Shown here piece by piece: positions 10,816 to 19,651 of a DNA stretch of 59,261 nucleotides. A model generated the notes under the pieces. That model was not told where the DNA came from and searched no databases. It saw only the letters and a program-made list of their open reading frames with translations. The stretch spans positions 1 to 59,261 of the forward strand of contig JABDMD010000163.1 in NCBI GenBank assembly GCA_013001685.1. The letters run 5' to 3'. This DNA is from Gammaproteobacteria bacterium (GTDB taxonomy: Bacteria; Pseudomonadota; Gammaproteobacteria; UBA4575). Positions within the stretch are counted from its first letter, which is position 1, and every line of letters begins with the position of its first letter. Both the position numbers and the translations under genes were made by a program.

Positions 10816-11724
10816 TTGTCTATGGAAACCGATGCTCTTGCACTGAGCCTTACGTACCAGTTTGGTACGAACGCTGCGTTCTTATTTTTAGCAGCTCTTG
10901 GGCTAATCGTGATTTTGGGTATGATGAACATCATCAATCTTGCCCACGGCGAATTAATGATGATGGGAGCTTATGTCGCTACCATTACCCACAACCAATT
11001 AGGTCTTCCCTTTCCTTTAGCTGTTATTGTCAGTTTTTTTGCAGTTGCAGTATTTGGTGCCATTCTTGAATTGCTAATTGTTCGACGATTCTATGGTCGA
11101 GAGCTGGGTGCACTTGTTGTTACCTGGGGCATTAGTCTTATATTAGGCCAAGGAACATTGCTTGTTTTTGGGCCATTTATGCCTGCTATTAAAATACCAG
11201 GCGGGTCATACTCTTATGGTGGGTTTTCTTATTCAGCATACTGGTTAATTCTAATTGCTATCTCGATCGCTTTAATAGCAGGACTTTATTGGCTTTATCG
11301 CTATACAAATTACGGATTACAAGCACGCGCAACTATGCAAAATGCAGAAATGGCAAAGGCGTTAGGTGTGCCAACGAACCGCGTGTACCTACTTACATTT
11401 AGTTTAGGTGCAGGATTAGCAGGACTAAGCGGAGCCTTATTGGCGCCAACCTCTACAATTGCTCCTTTCATGGGTCAGCAATTTGTCGCACCAGCTTTCA
11501 TTACCGTTGTAGTTGGGGGAGCTGCCAATGTAATTAGCGGCGCAGTAGGTAGCAGCGTGTTACTTTCAGCTATTAAAACACCTATTGGCATGGCATATGG
11601 CGCGTTCTTAGGAACAGTTGCCTTACTGATTGCCTCCTTAATAATCATTCGTATCATGCCTGACGGTATTTCAGCAGCGATTCAAAAGTTAATGGATAGA
11701 AGACGTACTCGTAAAACAAAATGA
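10816..11724 (+). CDS. ABC permease (UrtB/LivH-like)
   Basis: GMMNIINLAHGELMMMGAY, RATMQNAEMA.ALG, AFITVVVGG. Start may be the ATG at 10822. Confidence 0.9.
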   Translation: MSMETDALALSLTYQFGTNAAFLFLAALGLIVILGMMNIINLAHGELMMMGAYVATITHNQLGLPFPLAVIVSFFAVAVFGAILELLIVRRFYGRELGALVVTWGISLILGQGTLLVFGPFMPAIKIPGGSYSYGGFSYSAYWLILIAISIALIAGLYWLYRYTNYGLQARATMQNAEMAKALGVPTNRVYLLTFSLGAGLAGLSGALLAPTSTIAPFMGQQFVAPAFITVVVGGAANVISGAVGSSVLLSAIKTPIGMAYGAFLGTVALLIASLIIIRIMPDGISAAIQKLMDRRRTRKTK

Positions 11725-12767
11725 CCTCAAAAATATTACATTTAATTGGTGGCGATGCTGACATAGGCACTTCCAAAACATTTTGGATTGGGTTCGTTAT
11801 TGCTGTAATTCTTTTTGCACTTTATCCCACTCAAGTTTCTGAATTTCGCGCATCAAATGTTTCCTATTATTTACTAAACATTCCGCTCGCACTCGGTATG
11901 GCATTGCTATGGGGATACTGTGGAGTATTAAGTTTTGGGCACGTAGCCTATTTTGGCATTGCCGGTTATACCTATGGAATTATTGCCGGTAATATGGCTG
12001 GAAATTCATTTGGTCCTATAGCAGGAGTCTTGGGCGGCTTACTAGCTAGCGCATTGGTTGCTGGAATTTTTGCATACTTTGTTTTCTACTCGCGTGTTCG
12101 CGAGTGGATCATTCCTATTCTCACACTTGTGTTAACCCTACTATTAGAAACTTTCCTTGGCCAAACTGCGGGCTATCAATGGCGTGTTGGTTCTGTATTG
12201 TTAGGTGGCTACAACGGCATGACTGGTATTCCGGCATTTCAGATAGGAAGTTTTGTTTTTATGGGTTATTCATTTTACTACTTCTGCATGGTGATTGTTT
12301 TAGCGTGCTACGTAGGGTTACGAATGCTCTTAAACTCTAAATTTGGTCAAGTGGTTACTGCAATCCGAGAAGATCCATTGCGCACAGAAATATTTGGTTA
12401 CGATATTCGTGCTAGACAATGGTTAGTGTTTGTTTTGTCCGCATTACTAGCAGCAATAAGTGGGTTGTTATATGTGCAATGGGGTAATTACATAACGCCT
12501 AGTCAAGTCGGCCTGTTATCAGCTGCACTGCCCGTTATTTGGGCAGCTGTTGGTGGCCGAACAAGTTTACTTGCCGTGCTTATCGCAACGATTGTATTAA
12601 ATTGGGTGACATTTACTTTGTCCTCACAAGGTAACCAATATGCGATGGTCATAATTGGTGCTGCTTTAGTAATCACTATGCTTTTCTTCCCTCGTGGAAT
12701 AGTCATCATGCTTGCAGAATGGATAGGTAAGGTTACAAATAGAAAAAACAGCGGGGCCGCAACTTAA
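11721..12767 (+). CDS. ABC permease (UrtC/LivM-like)
   Basis: LLWGYCGVLSFGH, GGYNG, AIREDPLR...FGY, IWAAVGGR. Confidence 0.9.
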   Translation: MTSKILHLIGGDADIGTSKTFWIGFVIAVILFALYPTQVSEFRASNVSYYLLNIPLALGMALLWGYCGVLSFGHVAYFGIAGYTYGIIAGNMAGNSFGPIAGVLGGLLASALVAGIFAYFVFYSRVREWIIPILTLVLTLLLETFLGQTAGYQWRVGSVLLGGYNGMTGIPAFQIGSFVFMGYSFYYFCMVIVLACYVGLRMLLNSKFGQVVTAIREDPLRTEIFGYDIRARQWLVFVLSALLAAISGLLYVQWGNYITPSQVGLLSAALPVIWAAVGGRTSLLAVLIATIVLNWVTFTLSSQGNQYAMVIIGAALVITMLFFPRGIVIMLAEWIGKVTNRKNSGAAT

Positions 12768-12768
12768 A

Positions 12769-13503
12769 ATGGCTAATCAATTTGCATTAGAGGCACGCAA
12801 GGTTAACAAACACTTTGGTGGGGTTGTTGCAGCTAATAACGTTGATTTGAAAATTGAGCCAGGTGAATTGCGTTGCATTATTGGTCCGAATGGTGCAGGG
12901 AAATCAACATTATTTTCACTTTTATGCGGTATTCAACGGGTTGATAGCGGTGAAATTTTTATACAAGGACATGATGTTACTCACATGCAACCATTTAAAC
13001 GAGTACGCCATGGTATCGGCTTAACGTTCCAAACAAACCGCGCATACCAGGAACTGAGCGTAAAACATAATCTGTTGGTGCCAAACCCGTCATTTGCTAT
13101 TTCAAAAGAAACTCATCAACAAGGCCGAGAAAGATATATGTTGGCGCTTGAAGAATTTGGACTAGATCAGAATGATGATACACCTGCTAGTGAAATACCT
13201 CACCACACTCTCCAATGGCTAGAAATTTCTATGGTGCTTGCGGGCTTCCCTGAACTGGTATTGATAGATGAGCCCACTGCAGGAATGTCTCGTGATGAAA
13301 CAGATCACACATCAATGGTATTGAAAAAACTTAATCAAAGTGGCCTCACTATAATTGTTGTTGAACATGATATGCATTTTGTTAAGAACGTTGCACAGAA
13401 AGTTACCGTTTTACATCAAGGACGTGTTTTCACTGAAGGAAGTCTAGATGAAGTTATTGCGAACGATGAAGTTAAAAATATTTATTTAGGGCATGCACAC
13501 TAA
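12769..13503 (+). CDS. ABC ATP-binding protein (UrtD/LivG-like)
   Basis: GPNGAGKST Walker A; LIDEPTAG; VEHDM. Confidence 0.92.
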   Translation: MANQFALEARKVNKHFGGVVAANNVDLKIEPGELRCIIGPNGAGKSTLFSLLCGIQRVDSGEIFIQGHDVTHMQPFKRVRHGIGLTFQTNRAYQELSVKHNLLVPNPSFAISKETHQQGRERYMLALEEFGLDQNDDTPASEIPHHTLQWLEISMVLAGFPELVLIDEPTAGMSRDETDHTSMVLKKLNQSGLTIIVVEHDMHFVKNVAQKVTVLHQGRVFTEGSLDEVIANDEVKNIYLGHAH

Positions 13504-13511
13504 TTAAAGTC

Positions 13512-14216
13512 ATGACAATCTTAAATATTAATAATGTTGTTGCTGGTTATAAAACAGCAAACGTTTTGCAAGGTGTTAGCATAACCTTATCAGAGAGTGA
13601 AATAGTTTCTGTTGTAGGTCGAAATGGCGTTGGAAAATCAACTCTTGTGAAAACCATCATTGGATTATTACCTGCACGGTCAGGTCAAATTATATTTAAT
13701 GAAAAAGACATTACCTCAACCAAAGCTAATAATCGAGCAAAATCTGGAATCGGCTATGTGCCACAAGGTCGCGGAATCTTTCCTGATTTAACCGTACAAG
13801 ATAATTTACGAATGGGAGGCTTAATAGGTACAAAACAAAAAAAACTTAACTTTGATTCTGTATTTAGTTATTTCCCTATTTTAAAAGAAAGACTACATCA
13901 GCGAGGCGGCACACTAAGTGGTGGCCAACAAGAGATGCTTGCGATTGCACGTGCACTTATCAACAAACCAAAACTTTTATTATTAGATGAACCTAGTGAT
14001 GGCGTTCAACCCAGCATTGTAGAAGAAATAGGCAAATTTCTCTTAAAGCTTAAAGACACTGGAGAGATTACAGTATTATTGGTTGAACAAAATTTTGATT
14101 TACTGCAAACCGTTTCTGATCGAGCCTATGCAATGGAGAAAGGCACAGTATCGGATACTTTGACAAAAGAAGATTTAAATAACGATGAAACACTCGCTGC
14201 ATATATTGCTGTGTAA
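13512..14216 (+). CDS. ABC ATP-binding protein (UrtE/LivF-like)
   Basis: GRNGVGKST, LSGGQQEMLAIARAL, LLLLDEP, VEQN. Confidence 0.92.
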   Translation: MTILNINNVVAGYKTANVLQGVSITLSESEIVSVVGRNGVGKSTLVKTIIGLLPARSGQIIFNEKDITSTKANNRAKSGIGYVPQGRGIFPDLTVQDNLRMGGLIGTKQKKLNFDSVFSYFPILKERLHQRGGTLSGGQQEMLAIARALINKPKLLLLDEPSDGVQPSIVEEIGKFLLKLKDTGEITVLLVEQNFDLLQTVSDRAYAMEKGTVSDTLTKEDLNNDETLAAYIAV

Positions 14217-14259
14217 TTAATTTACTAAATAATTTTTAAATAAACATGAGGTAAATATT

Positions 14260-15273
14260 ATGGAAATGATCATTCGAAAATATCCTAATGATTGGGTAGA
14301 GAATTCCATTATGTATAAACGTGGAGTTGGTAAAGGATCAAGTGGCGTTACCCATCATTTAACAGAGGACGTACAAGGCACATACATTTACACCATGGGC
14401 CCATATTCTGATCCAGTAATGACGATTAAACCCGGTGACCAAGTAGTGGTTGAAACACGAGATGCATTTGAAGGTGCGATTAAATCAGAGCAAGATAAAC
14501 CTTCTGAAATATTAAAAATGCCTTTTTTAAATCCTCAGGCTGGCCCAATTATGATAGAAGGTGCGGAGCCTGGAGATGCCGTTGCTGTACATATTGAATC
14601 AATGGTGCCACGCGGACCCAAACCTCAAGGCACTTGCTGCATGATAAAAGAATTTGGTGCATTAACGGGAACGTACTACACCGCGACATTAAATGAGCCT
14701 TTACCGGAAAAAGTTCGTAAAGTAGACATTGATGAGCAAAGTGTTTATTGGAGCGACAAAGTAACACTCCCTTATCGACCTCATATTGGAACCTTGTCCT
14801 TATCACCAGAAATTGATTCCATTAACTCCCTGACTCCTGACAATCATGGAGGCAACATGGACCTTCCCGATATGGGGCCTGGGACTATTACCTACTTACC
14901 CGTTCGTTCGCCCGGTGGACGCCTTTTCATAGGAGATGCACACGCATGTCAAGGTGATGGAGAAGTATGCGGAGTTGCAGTCGAATACCCTACGGTAACT
15001 ACGATTACCGTTGACTTAATTAAAGGTTACACGATTGAATGGCCAAGACTGGAAGCTGATGATTTTATTATGGGTATTGGCAGCACCAGACCATTAGAAG
15101 ATGCGACCAGAATTGCTTATAGAGAACTTATTTATTGGATGGAAAATGAATATAACTTTGATCGATGGGATGCATATATGATGCTTAGCCAATGCGGCAA
15201 AGTGCGGTTAGGTAATTTTGTAGATCCAAAATATACAGTAGGTGCGGCTTTACCTAAAAAATATTTAACCTAA
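14260..15273 (+). CDS. acetamidase/formamidase (FmdA/AmdA) family amidase
   Basis: NPQAGPI, HGGNMD, GDAHACQGDGEVCG..E metal-binding motifs. Confidence 0.92.
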   Translation: MEMIIRKYPNDWVENSIMYKRGVGKGSSGVTHHLTEDVQGTYIYTMGPYSDPVMTIKPGDQVVVETRDAFEGAIKSEQDKPSEILKMPFLNPQAGPIMIEGAEPGDAVAVHIESMVPRGPKPQGTCCMIKEFGALTGTYYTATLNEPLPEKVRKVDIDEQSVYWSDKVTLPYRPHIGTLSLSPEIDSINSLTPDNHGGNMDLPDMGPGTITYLPVRSPGGRLFIGDAHACQGDGEVCGVAVEYPTVTTITVDLIKGYTIEWPRLEADDFIMGIGSTRPLEDATRIAYRELIYWMENEYNFDRWDAYMMLSQCGKVRLGNFVDPKYTVGAALPKKYLT

Positions 15274-15295
15274 ACAGGTTATTAGCAATTTAGTA

Positions 15296-16480
15296 TTAAG
15301 AAAGGTTGTTTACTAACATTTCGGGATGTAGCTCATCTAAAGAGGTGCAGCCAAGTTGACCTAATGCACGGTCAATTTCTGTAGTGAGAATTGATAGTGC
15401 ATGATTAACTCCATCCTGCCCGCCTGCAGCAAGACCGAACAAGGTTGCTCGCCCAATCATTACTGCGTTCGCACCTAACGCAATTGCTTTTAGCACATCA
15501 GTGCCTCGCCTAAAACCACTATCAATTATAATTGTCATTTTATCTCCTACTGCTTCTACAATTTCTGGCAGTACTTCAATTGGTGCAACACAGCTATCCA
15601 ATTGTCTTCCGCCATGATTGCTGAGAATGATCCCATCACATCCTAGCTCTGTCGCATGAATTGCATCTGCAACATTCAAGATGCCTTTTAATATTAGTTT
15701 TCTTGGCCACTTTTCACGCAACCATGCTACCTCATCCCAAGAAATATCGGGTGCAAATAGTTTAGGGAAAATAGCCACTCCACCTTTTGCAGTTTTCGCT
15801 TCCGGTGGCATAAACTTAACAATATTTTCAAATCTAGGTACACCGTATGGAATTAACACGTCAAACATCCATCTTGGATGACATGCTACATCCATTATAT
15901 TTCGCATGGTTAGCTTTGCCGGCGCACGATAATTTCGCTTATCCCATTCACGGTTTCCAAACACATTTGCATCTGTAGTGAAAACTAAAGCCTCATAGTT
16001 TTGATCATCTGCACGTTTCAAAATATCTCGTGTAATGTCACGCTCTGTCATTACATAAAGTTGCATCCATAATCGTCCGCCAACTTCATTCGCAACATCT
16101 TCGAGACTTACATTGGAGACTGTACTTAAAGAAAACGGAATATTATTGTTTTTTGCAGCTTGTGCTAATGCAATATCTGCACGATGATGAAGCATGCCAT
16201 TAAGCCCAGTTGGAGCAATAACCAAGGGTGAATTTACTTCTTGGCCAAATAAATTAATGCGTTGATGACGTGAACTAGTATCCACTAAAGTATTTGGTTT
16301 AAAACGGATAGATTTAAGTGCAGTTTGGTTCCAGTTTAATGAATTTTCATCTTCAGCTCCGCCAATTACATATTCCAGCGCGAAGTTTGGAACTCGACAT
16401 CGCGCTATTTCATATAGTTCATCTATTGAAACAGCTTTTCGGAAATCATTACCTGAGTAAAGCTTACGTTTTAGTGGCAT
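15296..16480 (-). CDS. FMN-dependent alpha-hydroxy-acid oxidase/dehydrogenase (LldD/MdlB-like)
   Basis: SNHGGRQLD signature; WMQLY, KGIL, DSGFRRGTD. Confidence 0.95.
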   Translation of the reverse strand: MPLKRKLYSGNDFRKAVSIDELYEIARCRVPNFALEYVIGGAEDENSLNWNQTALKSIRFKPNTLVDTSSRHQRINLFGQEVNSPLVIAPTGLNGMLHHRADIALAQAAKNNNIPFSLSTVSNVSLEDVANEVGGRLWMQLYVMTERDITRDILKRADDQNYEALVFTTDANVFGNREWDKRNYRAPAKLTMRNIMDVACHPRWMFDVLIPYGVPRFENIVKFMPPEAKTAKGGVAIFPKLFAPDISWDEVAWLREKWPRKLILKGILNVADAIHATELGCDGIILSNHGGRQLDSCVAPIEVLPEIVEAVGDKMTIIIDSGFRRGTDVLKAIALGANAVMIGRATLFGLAAGGQDGVNHALSILTTEIDRALGQLGCTSLDELHPEMLVNNLS

Positions 16481-16672
16481 ACCAATTAATTAGCAATTAA
16501 CCAATCTTTAATATGACTGTTTTTATGATATTTATCCAATGTTGTAGTTTATTTATAAAATTCAATAGGATGCAGTATGAGCTGAGATTTCAACACGTTC
16601 ATCCTACTATGACATGCAACTATCAGCATATTAGATAAACTAAGAGGTAATTAATCTATTCTGAGCTGTTAT

Positions 16673-17074
16673 ATGGAATCTAGGATCAACTACTTTGCAC
16701 TTTTAATAATAATCACGGTTGGTGTGACCGCAGGCAACCTCATTTCTAATTTGATAACTGCAAAATACATAGATGCAGAAGTTGAAAAAGCCTCTGTAGA
16801 AATATCTAATGAACTTTCTACTAAACCCAAGAAAGCTCTACAAACAATCAAGAAACTAACGAAACCTACAGCTATTGAAAATACTGCGAGCCAGGAACAA
16901 CTCGTCGAACAAAGGAAATTAGACGAAAATGGAATTCGCTTAGCTAAAAATTGCAGTGAGTGGACCGTGGCACATAAAGACATGAATACCCAAACCAGCA
17001 AAAGAGGTATGGTAAAATATTGCGAACAATATCAGGAATATATTAGAACTGGAACATTGCCTCCTACAAATTAG
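16673..17074 (+). CDS. hypothetical membrane-anchored protein
   Basis: N-terminal TM helix, helical body, C-terminal Cys pair (CSEW...YC). Confidence 0.65.
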   Translation: MESRINYFALLIIITVGVTAGNLISNLITAKYIDAEVEKASVEISNELSTKPKKALQTIKKLTKPTAIENTASQEQLVEQRKLDENGIRLAKNCSEWTVAHKDMNTQTSKRGMVKYCEQYQEYIRTGTLPPTN

Positions 17075-17089
17075 AACTCCACGATAATT

Positions 17090-17374
17090 TTATTGATCTC
17101 CTGGTTTCCAAATACCAAAAGATTCGCCCACTGGTTGCATGGTTTGTTGTCTTTGTTTAGTAATATCATCATAAACGTATTTAGCGAACGCATTTAGCTC
17201 ATTCATAATTTCGTTTTTTTCGCCAGACGGTAAATCGTGATTACCGACAATAAAACCTATAATTGCTGCTAGGTACTGACCCGCAAGCAATGGATTTTTC
17301 GCGCGCTCATCTTCTTCTACTAGAACTTTTTCGATTTTTTCGATGAGTTCTCTTGATAACTTCAACTGATCCAT
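17090..17374 (-). CDS. hypothetical protein downstream of rarA
   Basis: 94 aa, AAGGA RBS, QYLAAIIG and FGIWKPG motifs. Confidence 0.75.
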   Translation of the reverse strand: MDQLKLSRELIEKIEKVLVEEDERAKNPLLAGQYLAAIIGFIVGNHDLPSGEKNEIMNELNAFAKYVYDDITKQRQQTMQPVGESFGIWKPGDQ

Positions 17375-17397
17375 TCAAATAGTCCTTTTTTAAATAT

Positions 17398-18738
17398 TTA
17401 TTGTTTGTTTTTTTGGCGTAAAGTTTCTAAATGTTGTTTTATCTTTACTTCAAGCCCACGGTCTTCTGGGAAATAATATTGTTGGCCTTTTAGCTCTTCG
17501 GGCAAATACACTTCACCAGCAGCATAAGCATCCTCTTCGTCATGCGCATAGCGATAACCTTCCCCATACCCTATTTCTTTCATGAGTTTTGTGGGTGCAT
17601 TGCGCAAATGCATAGGGACTTCTAAAGTGCCATATTCTTTGGCATCGCTCATTGCAGCTTTGTAAGCAGTATACACAGCATTACTTTTTGGAACACAACT
17701 CAGATAAACAATTGCGTGAGCAATTGCAAGCTCACCTTCCGGTGACCCTAAGCGATCATATGTATTCCATGCATCTACAGTAATCTGTAATCCACGAGGA
17801 TCAGCATTACCAATATCTTCACTTGCCATACGCACAACTCGACGTGCAATATAATGCGGATCACAACCACCATCAATTATTCGACAAAACCAATAGAGTG
17901 CCGCATCCGGATCGGAACCCCGCACTGATTTATGCAGTGCGGAAATTTGATCATAGAAGTATTCACCCTGCTTATCAAAGCGTCGCAAGGACTGTGAAGT
18001 AACTTCCTGGATGATATCTTTAGTGATTGTTTTCTTATTAGTATTTTCATCTAAAAGATCAACTGCAATTTCTAAGAAATTTAGAGCCCTTCGCGCATCT
18101 CCATCTGCCGAAACAGCCAACATCTCTTTAGCTTCTCGTTCAATTGCATCAACTTGACCATTTAATCCTTGTTCCTTGTCTTGAATGGCTTGCTCTATAC
18201 ATTGTTGAATATCTTCATGTGTGAGTCTTTTCAGCACATATGTGCGTGCTCTAGATAACAACGCATTATTAAGTTCGAACGAAGGATTTTCAGTTGTAGC
18301 ACCAATAAAATAGATTGTGCCATCTTCAATATGTGGCAGAAATGCATCTTGTTGTGCCTTGTTAAATCGATGGACCTCATCTACGAACAACACCGTTCTT
18401 GAATCTTGTCCTTGTCTATATGCTTTAGCTTGATCGATCGACTGCCGAATTTCTTTCACTCCTGAAAGCACTGCTGAAATCGGAATGAACTGTGCATCTG
18501 ATGTATTTGAAATAATTCGGGCTAGAGTTGTCTTACCTGTTCCAGGAGGTCCCCAGAAAATCATTGAATGCAACTTGCCGTGCTCTATCGCAACTCGAAG
18601 TGGTTTATCTTTAGAAAGTAAATGAGTTTGTCCAACAAACTCATCCAATGTTCGCGGGCGCATGCGATCTGCAAGCGGGCGATAAGAATTATCAGCTTGA
18701 TCAAATAAGTCTGGAGAATTTAAAACTGAATTAACGAT
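17398..18738 (-). CDS. rarA: replication-associated recombination protein A (RarA/MgsA)
   Basis: [46 protein letters not shown]. The conserved PLADRMRP lies upstream of the ORF-track ATG (18663), so the start is uncertain; 18738 is the proposed non-canonical start. Confidence 0.95.
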   Translation of the reverse strand: MVNSVLNSPDLFDQADNSYRPLADRMRPRTLDEFVGQTHLLSKDKPLRVAIEHGKLHSMIFWGPPGTGKTTLARIISNTSDAQFIPISAVLSGVKEIRQSIDQAKAYRQGQDSRTVLFVDEVHRFNKAQQDAFLPHIEDGTIYFIGATTENPSFELNNALLSRARTYVLKRLTHEDIQQCIEQAIQDKEQGLNGQVDAIEREAKEMLAVSADGDARRALNFLEIAVDLLDENTNKKTITKDIIQEVTSQSLRRFDKQGEYFYDQISALHKSVRGSDPDAALYWFCRIIDGGCDPHYIARRVVRMASEDIGNADPRGLQITVDAWNTYDRLGSPEGELAIAHAIVYLSCVPKSNAVYTAYKAAMSDAKEYGTLEVPMHLRNAPTKLMKEIGYGEGYRYAHDEEDAYAAGEVYLPEELKGQQYYFPEDRGLEVKIKQHLETLRQKNKQ

Positions 18739-18792
18739 TATGGATCCCTGGAACGATTATCCAGAGTATTATCTCTTATTGGCAGGAAATTG

Positions 18793-18876
18793 TCCTTGGC
18801 AACTTCTCATGCGTTGCTCTAATAAGTTACATTCTTGTAACGATTCTTCTTCTGCAGTACCGCCATCCCTGGCGGT
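18793..18876 (-). repeat. GGA-hairpin dispersed repeat, copy 1
   Basis: ACCGCCA-GGGA-TGGCGGT, GTTACA-agaa-TGTAAC and GCAAC...GTTGC hairpins. 18793-18846 matches 33444-33497 at 41 of 54 nt (manual count). Confidence 0.7.
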
Positions 18877-18894
18877 CGTAGTCTTATTCTCTAT

Positions 18895-19542
18895 TTACTC
18901 GGATGGGTTACCCACTACATCTACACCTTCTGCAGCGATGAATTTAAACTGATTAGGAGGTAAGGTCACATTAGTTTTTAAATTGGTAAATTCGATTACC
19001 GTTTTCTGTGAGAAATGATCCTGAAGCTCCATTTTTTTCACACCTAGGTCATCTAAACCAATGAGAATCTTGTGGAATTCAGTATCTTGAACTAAGGGCG
19101 TTAACTCAACCCAATTTAAGCCCTCTTTGCCTCCTGCGTCCTTAATTTCAAAATCATCCCTAAGTGGGCGAATGTTCGTCAATAACATTATTGGTGCGTT
19201 GCCTAATGCAGTATCAATTGGTTTTGCGCTTGCTTGTAATAATTCTTCATCATAAATCCACAAATATTCACCATCAGCTAATATGAGTTGTGGATAGGGT
19301 TGTGTATATTGCCATCTAAATTTACCCGGTTTATCTAGAGCTACATCTCCCTTCGCTTCTTGAACCACTTCACCATTTTCATCGTATACAATTTGAATAA
19401 ATTGCCCTTGAAAAGAATTTACTTCAGCAAAATATTTATCTAAACGCTGAATAGCATCACTTGCAAATGCTGATCCAAAAATTGAGGTGCCAACTAACAG
19501 CAGCAGTGCAGTAAACAAATATGATTTTAAAGAACGTAACAT
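18895..19542 (-). CDS. lolA: outer membrane lipoprotein chaperone LolA
   Basis: Signal peptide; KPGKFRWQY..PYPQLILADG.YLWIYD; located between ftsK and rarA. Confidence 0.95.
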   Translation of the reverse strand: MLRSLKSYLFTALLLLVGTSIFGSAFASDAIQRLDKYFAEVNSFQGQFIQIVYDENGEVVQEAKGDVALDKPGKFRWQYTQPYPQLILADGEYLWIYDEELLQASAKPIDTALGNAPIMLLTNIRPLRDDFEIKDAGGKEGLNWVELTPLVQDTEFHKILIGLDDLGVKKMELQDHFSQKTVIEFTNLKTNVTLPPNQFKFIAAEGVDVVGNPSE

Positions 19543-19651
19543 GAAAGGTCTCCTGAAACCTAAAGCTTAGACTATATACAAAGGCTAAGATTCAGAAATT
19601 AAACAAAAAAAGTGTAAAAGATTATGAACTTATCTGAAAATAGGACAGTAT

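Noticed and set aside
9211-14216. Assigning urtABCDE (urea transport) gene symbols
   Set aside because: No urease genes nearby, the operon ends in an amidase and the binding protein is divergent; the substrate is not established
18740-18952. 70-aa plus-strand ORF in the lolA-rarA spacer
   Set aside because: Antisense to the operon, overlaps the lolA end and runs through the hairpin repeat
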